Shown: one piece after another, positions 59,592-64,000 of the stretch
Layout of the letters: each line of letters begins with the position of its first letter
How positions within the stretch are numbered: the first letter of the stretch is position 1
NCBI GenBank assembly: GCA_964640435.1
Contig: CAZXFJ010000001.1
Coordinates: 64,542-128,541, forward strand
Direction: 5' to 3'
Source: an uncultured Gammaproteobacteria bacterium
Lineage (GTDB): Bacteria > Patescibacteriota > Microgenomatia > Levybacterales > GWA1-39-11
DNA: 64,000 nucleotides
The notes under the pieces: model-generated
What the model was told of the DNA's origin: nothing
Databases searched by the model: none
What the model saw: the letters and a program-made list of their open reading frames with translations, nothing else
Translations under genes and position numbers: made by a program

Positions 59592-60128
59592 GTGAAAATA
59601 ATTCTAATTGGTATTCAAGGCTCCGGTAAATCTACACAAGGAAATTTATTAAAAGAAAAATTAAACATACCATACTTATCTACAGGGCATATTTTCAGAG
59701 AACTTGCAAAAGAACATGATGCACTTGGTCGTTATATTAAGGAAACAATAAATGCTGGATATTTAATAGATGATGATAAAACACTTGAGATAGTTGAGGA
59801 ATACCTAAAGCGCCCAGAATATGTTAACGGATATATTTTAGATGGATTTCCAAGAACAGCACCTCAGGCTGAAAAATTCGGAAATGGAATAGATCACGCA
59901 ATATATATAAAGGTTTCAGATGAGGAAGCTTTAAAGCGTTTATCTTTTAGAAACGATGGAAGAGCAGATGACGCATCGCCTGCTTTAAAAATGAGAATTG
60001 AATTATTTCATAAATTCACGGAGCCAGTTCTAGATTTTTATAAAAATAAAGGAATGTTGACAGAGATTGATGGTGAAAAATCAATTGAGGAAACTCATCA
60101 AGAAATTTGTGAGGCTTTAAATATTTAA
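59592..60128 (+). CDS. adk: Adenylate kinase (short form, GTG start)
   Basis: P-loop GIQGSGKSTQ and the AMP-binding region. 178 aa. Confidence 0.9.
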   Translation: MKIILIGIQGSGKSTQGNLLKEKLNIPYLSTGHIFRELAKEHDALGRYIKETINAGYLIDDDKTLEIVEEYLKRPEYVNGYILDGFPRTAPQAEKFGNGIDHAIYIKVSDEEALKRLSFRNDGRADDASPALKMRIELFHKFTEPVLDFYKNKGMLTEIDGEKSIEETHQEICEALNI

Positions 60129-60129
60129 T

Positions 60130-60888
60130 ATGGATACAGTAAAAATAGAAAAAATGACTCGTGCTGGAAAGATCCTTGGAGAGGTAATGGATGAGATAGT
60201 AAAATTTGTTAAACCTGGGGTAACAGAGCTTGATATAGATCGATTTGCAGAAAGTGAAATCGTTAAACGAGGTGGAAAGCCAGGATTTAAGAAGGTTCCA
60301 GGTTATCACCATACAATTTGTATATCAGTAAATGATGTTGTTGTGCATGGAATTCCAACAGATAGAGTAATTTCTGAAGGAGATATTGTTGGAGTTGATT
60401 GTGGTGTATATCTTGATGGATACCACACAGATATGGCTGAAACTATAAACCTCAATAGGGACTCAGAAGAAATTAAGAAATTCTTAAAAGCTGGAAAAGA
60501 CGCAATGTTTGCCGGAATTGCCCAAGTTAAAGCCGGAAATCGTGTTGGTCAAATCTCTCAAGCAATGCAGGGAAAAATTGAGGGGCCAGGGTATGCAGTT
60601 GTTAAGAGTCTTGTTGGACATGGTGTTGGAAAAGAACTTCATGAAGAGCCTGAAATTCCAGGGTATTTGGCTATGAAAATGGAAAAGACACCCGTTCTTA
60701 GAGCCGGAATGACCATCGCAATCGAAATTATCTACAATATGGGCAGTCCAGAGGTCACATACACAGAAGATGATGATTGGACAATTGTTACTCAGGACGA
60801 GAGTCTTTCAGGGCTTTTTGAGCGTACAGTTCTCGTTACAGACACAGGTTTTGAGCTAATAACGAGGCTCTCGGGCGATAAGCTTTAG
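60130..60888 (+). CDS. map: Methionine aminopeptidase type I
   Basis: Pita-bread metal ligands (D...D...H...E...E); position after adk. Confidence 0.9.
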   Translation: MDTVKIEKMTRAGKILGEVMDEIVKFVKPGVTELDIDRFAESEIVKRGGKPGFKKVPGYHHTICISVNDVVVHGIPTDRVISEGDIVGVDCGVYLDGYHTDMAETINLNRDSEEIKKFLKAGKDAMFAGIAQVKAGNRVGQISQAMQGKIEGPGYAVVKSLVGHGVGKELHEEPEIPGYLAMKMEKTPVLRAGMTIAIEIIYNMGSPEVTYTEDDDWTIVTQDESLSGLFERTVLVTDTGFELITRLSGDKL

Positions 60889-60946
60889 GTCGTGGCTAGA
60901 TAGGCTTGCAAGCTTACGCTCAATTTGATAAAATAAGCCTTAAGTA

Positions 60947-61165
60947 ATGGCGCATTCTGGAGCAATTGAGGTTGAAGGAGTGGTAAAAGAAGTTTTACCA
61001 AATACTTTGTTCCGAGTTGAAATTGAAGGTGGAAGGGTCGTTTTGTGTCACTTGTCAGGAAAAATGAGAATTCATTTTATTAAAATCCTGCCAGGAGACC
61101 GCGTAAGAATTGAGATGACCCCTTACGACCGTGAACGCGGTAGAATCACCTACAGAGTGCGATAA
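60947..61165 (+). CDS. infA: Translation initiation factor IF-1
   Basis: S1-like OB fold. 72 aa. Confidence 0.95.
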   Translation: MAHSGAIEVEGVVKEVLPNTLFRVEIEGGRVVLCHLSGKMRIHFIKILPGDRVRIEMTPYDRERGRITYRVR

Positions 61166-61180
61166 TTTTTTTTCACAAAT

Positions 61181-61570
61181 ATGCGTGTTGTTGGAGTAAA
61201 TTTACCAGATAATAAAAGAGTTGATATTGCGCTTACCTACATATATGGAGTAGGAAGATCAAACGTGTATCAAATTCTTGAGAAGGCTCAAATTAAGCCT
61301 GAAACAAGACTAAATACGTTAACAGAAGATGATTTGGGTAAGATTCAGAAAGCTCTTGAAACATACAAAATTGAAGGAGACTTAAGAGCTGATGTTGCCG
61401 GAGATGTTAAAAGACTCCGCGAAATTAGCTCATACAGAGGTAATAGACACACAAAAAGCCTACCAGTTCGTGGTCAAAGAACACGTTCAAATGCTCGTAC
61501 AAAGCGTGGAAAGCGTGTCACAATCGGAGCTATTAAGAAAGAAGACGCAGCAAAGGTAGCAGGAAAATAA
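61181..61570 (+). CDS. rpsM: 30S ribosomal protein S13
   Basis: MRVVGVNLPDNKRVDIALTYIYGVGR... S13. Confidence 0.95.
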   Translation: MRVVGVNLPDNKRVDIALTYIYGVGRSNVYQILEKAQIKPETRLNTLTEDDLGKIQKALETYKIEGDLRADVAGDVKRLREISSYRGNRHTKSLPVRGQRTRSNARTKRGKRVTIGAIKKEDAAKVAGK

Positions 61571-61571
61571 T

Positions 61572-61970
61572 ATGGCAAACAATAAAAAAGTAACAGTAAA
61601 AAGTAAAGCAAAAAAAATTGCATCCATGGAAACGGGTAGAATTTACGTGTCTACCACTTTCAACAACACAATCGTTACAATTACAAACGAAAAAGGTGAT
61701 GCTGTTTCTTGGTCTTCATCAGGAAATATGGGTTTTAAAGGTACACGTAAGAGTACTCCCTTTGCAGCAACATCAGCTGTTGAAGAAGCAATTAAAAAAG
61801 TACGAGAAACAGGACTTTCTACAGTTGAAGTATATATTAAAGGTCCAGGTGTAGGACGTGATGCAGCACTTCGTGCTGTTAGAAACTCTGGTCTATCAAT
61901 TTCTATGATAGCTGACATCACACCGATCCCACACAATGGTCCAACTGTAAAGAAAAAGAGAAGAGTTTAA
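61572..61970 (+). CDS. rpsK: 30S ribosomal protein S11
   Basis: S11 family (GPGVGRDAALRAVRNSGL). Confidence 0.95.
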   Translation: MANNKKVTVKSKAKKIASMETGRIYVSTTFNNTIVTITNEKGDAVSWSSSGNMGFKGTRKSTPFAATSAVEEAIKKVRETGLSTVEVYIKGPGVGRDAALRAVRNSGLSISMIADITPIPHNGPTVKKKRRV

Positions 61971-61974
61971 TAAT

Positions 61975-62574
61975 ATGGCAAAATATAACGGTCCAAAACA
62001 CAAATTAGCAAGAAGAGAAGGAGTAAATATACTCGGTAAAACTTCTGCGTCACTTGATAGAAGAATCAATGTTCTTCCAGGTTCAAATAGTAAAAGACGC
62101 CCTAGAAAGCCTTCAGAATATGGGATGCAACTTCGTGAAAAACAAAAGCTTAAGAGAATTTATGGTCTACTTGAGAAGCAATTCAGAAAGTATGTTTTCT
62201 CAGCACAAAAGAAAAAGATTAACACAGAAGATGCACTAGTTCAGCTTCTTGAAACACGTCTTGATAACATCGTTTATAGACTTGGTCTAGCAAAAACAAG
62301 ACCACAGGCTCGTCAATTTGTTGGACACAGACTCGTTTTGGTTAATGGTAAAAAGGTAAATATTCCATCTTTTGAAGTACAGGAGAATGATGTAATTACA
62401 GTTGTTCCAAAACTTGCAACAGAAGACCTAAAAACAAGGCTAGCAGAAGAAAAAGACATGCCAAGTTTTGTATCTCGAGAGAACCTTGCTGGAAAGCTTT
62501 TAAGGCTCCCAACTAAGGACGATGTGGCAAATCCAGTAGATTATCAGTTAGTTATTGAATTTTACTCTCGATAA
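61975..62574 (+). CDS. rpsD: 30S ribosomal protein S4
   Basis: S4 N-domain and S4 RNA-binding domain. Confidence 0.95.
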   Translation: MAKYNGPKHKLARREGVNILGKTSASLDRRINVLPGSNSKRRPRKPSEYGMQLREKQKLKRIYGLLEKQFRKYVFSAQKKKINTEDALVQLLETRLDNIVYRLGLAKTRPQARQFVGHRLVLVNGKKVNIPSFEVQENDVITVVPKLATEDLKTRLAEEKDMPSFVSRENLAGKLLRLPTKDDVANPVDYQLVIEFYSR

Positions 62575-62605
62575 TGGTAAAATAACTTTTTGGTTAAGCA
62601 TAATC

Positions 62606-63535
62606 ATGGCAAATTTAAACTTTAAAACAATTGAAGAAAAGACAGAAGCAGGTTACGCACGATTTGTAATCGAGCCACTAGAGCCTGGTTTTGGACAAAC
62701 ATTAGGAGTAGCACTTCGACGCGTACTTCTTACAAATATCAATGGAGCAGCTGTAACAAGCGTTAAAATTGATGGAGTAAAACACCTTTTCTCAACACTT
62801 CCAGGTCTTAAAGAAGATATTATTGAACTCGTTCTTAATATCAAAACACTTCGTGTAAAGCTCGCTGATGGAGTAGATGAAGCAAGTATCTCACTTTCTG
62901 CAACAGGTCCTGGAGAAGTTACAGCAAAGCAAATTGAGGTTTCAGAAGGCGTAGAGATTGTAGACCCTAGCCACTACCTTGGTTCACTTTCAGACAAAAA
63001 ATCAAAACTTAACATCGAAATGACAGTTGAGCGTGGAATGGGTTACTCACTTGCAGAAGACAGAAAAATTTCTACAGTTGGAATTATTCCAATTGATGCA
63101 ATATTCTCACCAATCTTAAGAGTTAACTACAAAGTTGAACAAACACGTGTTGGAAGACAAACAAACTTTGACAAACTTATTCTTGAAATCTGGACAGATC
63201 AAACAATTGAAGCAAAGACAGCGCTTACACAAGCTGCTAAGATTTTAGTTTCATACTTCCATCAAGTATTTGAACCAAATGCAGAAATTGTTGAAGGTGA
63301 TAAGGCAGTAGCAGCAAGCTCAGGATTTTCAGACGAAGTTCTAAAAATGACTATTGATGAACTAGATCTTCCTACAAGAATCTACAATTCACTCAGAAAT
63401 GCAGGAATTGAAACTGTTGCAGACATGCTTAACACCCCAAAGAAAGAATTAATGGGTTACCGCAATCTTGGAGCTAAATCACTTTCTATTATTGAGGAAG
63501 CGATGCAAGCTCGTGGAATTGACCTTACTTTCTAA
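62606..63535 (+). CDS. rpoA: DNA-directed RNA polymerase subunit alpha (ATG at 62606)
   Basis: alpha NTD dimerisation and assembly region, plus alpha CTD (ELDLPTRIYNSLRNAGIETVADM). Confidence 0.95.
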   Translation: MANLNFKTIEEKTEAGYARFVIEPLEPGFGQTLGVALRRVLLTNINGAAVTSVKIDGVKHLFSTLPGLKEDIIELVLNIKTLRVKLADGVDEASISLSATGPGEVTAKQIEVSEGVEIVDPSHYLGSLSDKKSKLNIEMTVERGMGYSLAEDRKISTVGIIPIDAIFSPILRVNYKVEQTRVGRQTNFDKLILEIWTDQTIEAKTALTQAAKILVSYFHQVFEPNAEIVEGDKAVAASSGFSDEVLKMTIDELDLPTRIYNSLRNAGIETVADMLNTPKKELMGYRNLGAKSLSIIEEAMQARGIDLTF

Positions 63536-63570
63536 TTTTTAAAATAGAAAAAGGTTTATATTTTAAATAT

Positions 63571-63595
63571 GGCGTCCAAGAGTAGGCGCCTTTTT
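63571..63595 (+). terminator. Hairpin (GGCGTCC...GGCGCC) + T5 between rpoA and rplQ
   Basis: 6-bp G/C stem with an 8-nt loop, followed by TTTTT. Confidence 0.35.
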
Positions 63596-63603
63596 ATTAG
63601 AAA

Positions 63604-64000
63604 ATGAGAAAACAAATTTTTGGAAGAAGATTAAAAAGAGACATCAATGAGCGAAAAGCTTTATTTCGTGGTTTAATGAGCTCACTGGTTTTACATGGTA
63701 AAATAACTACAAGTGAAGCAAAGGCTAAATCAATTAAAGCTGACGTTGATAAGCTTATTACTTATGCAAAAAATGATAAGACTAATGCAAAAAGACTCAT
63801 TTTAATGCGTATTCCAAGTGAGCAGATTGCAGACAAAATCATTGCAGATATTGCTCCAAAGTTTACTAATCGTCCAGGTGGATACACGAGAATTTTAAAA
63901 CTTGGTGAGAGAAAGAAAGATGGCTCAAGACAAGTTCTTATGACTTGGACTGAGACAGTTACTGCAACAAGCTTTGTAGAGCCAAAAAGAAATGAAGGTA
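63604..64000 (+). CDS. rplQ: 50S ribosomal protein L17, 3' partial at window edge
   Basis: MRKQIFGRRLKRDINERKALFRGL... L17 family. Runs off the window. Confidence 0.9.
   Translation, partial: MRKQIFGRRLKRDINERKALFRGLMSSLVLHGKITTSEAKAKSIKADVDKLITYAKNDKTNAKRLILMRIPSEQIADKIIADIAPKFTNRPGGYTRILKLGERKKDGSRQVLMTWTETVTATSFVEPKRNEG

Noticed and set aside
1-64000. CRISPR arrays, tRNA/rRNA genes, transposases/integrases/IS elements
   Set aside because: No run of regularly spaced direct repeats was seen. The longest intergenic spacer is about 210 nt and none contains recognisable tRNA cloverleaf or rRNA sequence. No transposase/integrase-like ORF or terminal inverted repeats were seen. The only repeats are short in-frame coding repeats (rplC tail, LytR_C linker).

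Overview
This 64-kb window is a gene-dense segment (standard code, low GC, short intergenic spacers, no mobile elements, no CRISPR, no recognisable tRNA/rRNA) from a small-genome bacterium. It carries most of the core translation/transcription loci. The left part runs RNase J (5' partial), FtsK, a RodZ-like protein, a DUF948/YtxH pair, a YvcK/CofD homolog, endonuclease III, an RND pump with its adaptor (minus strand), and a short AlaRS. It continues with an FtsA/PilM-like membrane protein coupled to a sortase, a nucleoside phosphorylase, a GT-C glycosyltransferase and MltG, then rpoB-rpoC and rpsL-rpsG. A 3.9-kb non-ribosomal insert separates rpsG from fusA. Downstream come a complete two-subunit ATP-citrate lyase (aclB-aclA) with murB, and a redox/Met-repair module (XRE regulator, DUF2178 protein, Met-rich peptide, DipZ-like CcdA-thioredoxin fusion, convergent MsrB). 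Next are tuf and rpsJ. An antisense NUDIX gene splits rpsJ from a long S10/spc/alpha array that runs rplC to rplQ (3' partial), including secY-adk-map-infA. Gene content and order are most consistent with a Candidate Phyla Radiation (Patescibacteria)-type or similar reduced Gram-positive-like lineage; this is an inference, not a database result. The relevant signs are rpmD (L30) absent between rpsE and rplO, rpmJ relocated between rplX and rplE, ribosomal proteins with unusual extensions, and the presence of sortase, MltG, RodZ and MurB. The most notable items are listed here. (1) An intact heterodimeric ATP-citrate lyase in this reduced context. (2) A methionine-rich extracytoplasmic peptide encoded with a DipZ/MsrB redox module under an XRE regulator with a perfect palindromic operator. 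(3) L5 and S14 in one reading frame with no stop codon between them. (4) A conserved TTGAGCACGA/GCACGA element inside the spacers of the rpsL, rplC and tuf promoters. (5) Hairpin-plus-U-tract leaders abutting the start codons of rplC, fusA, tuf and rpoB. (6) An acidic 21-bp tandem-repeat tail on L3.
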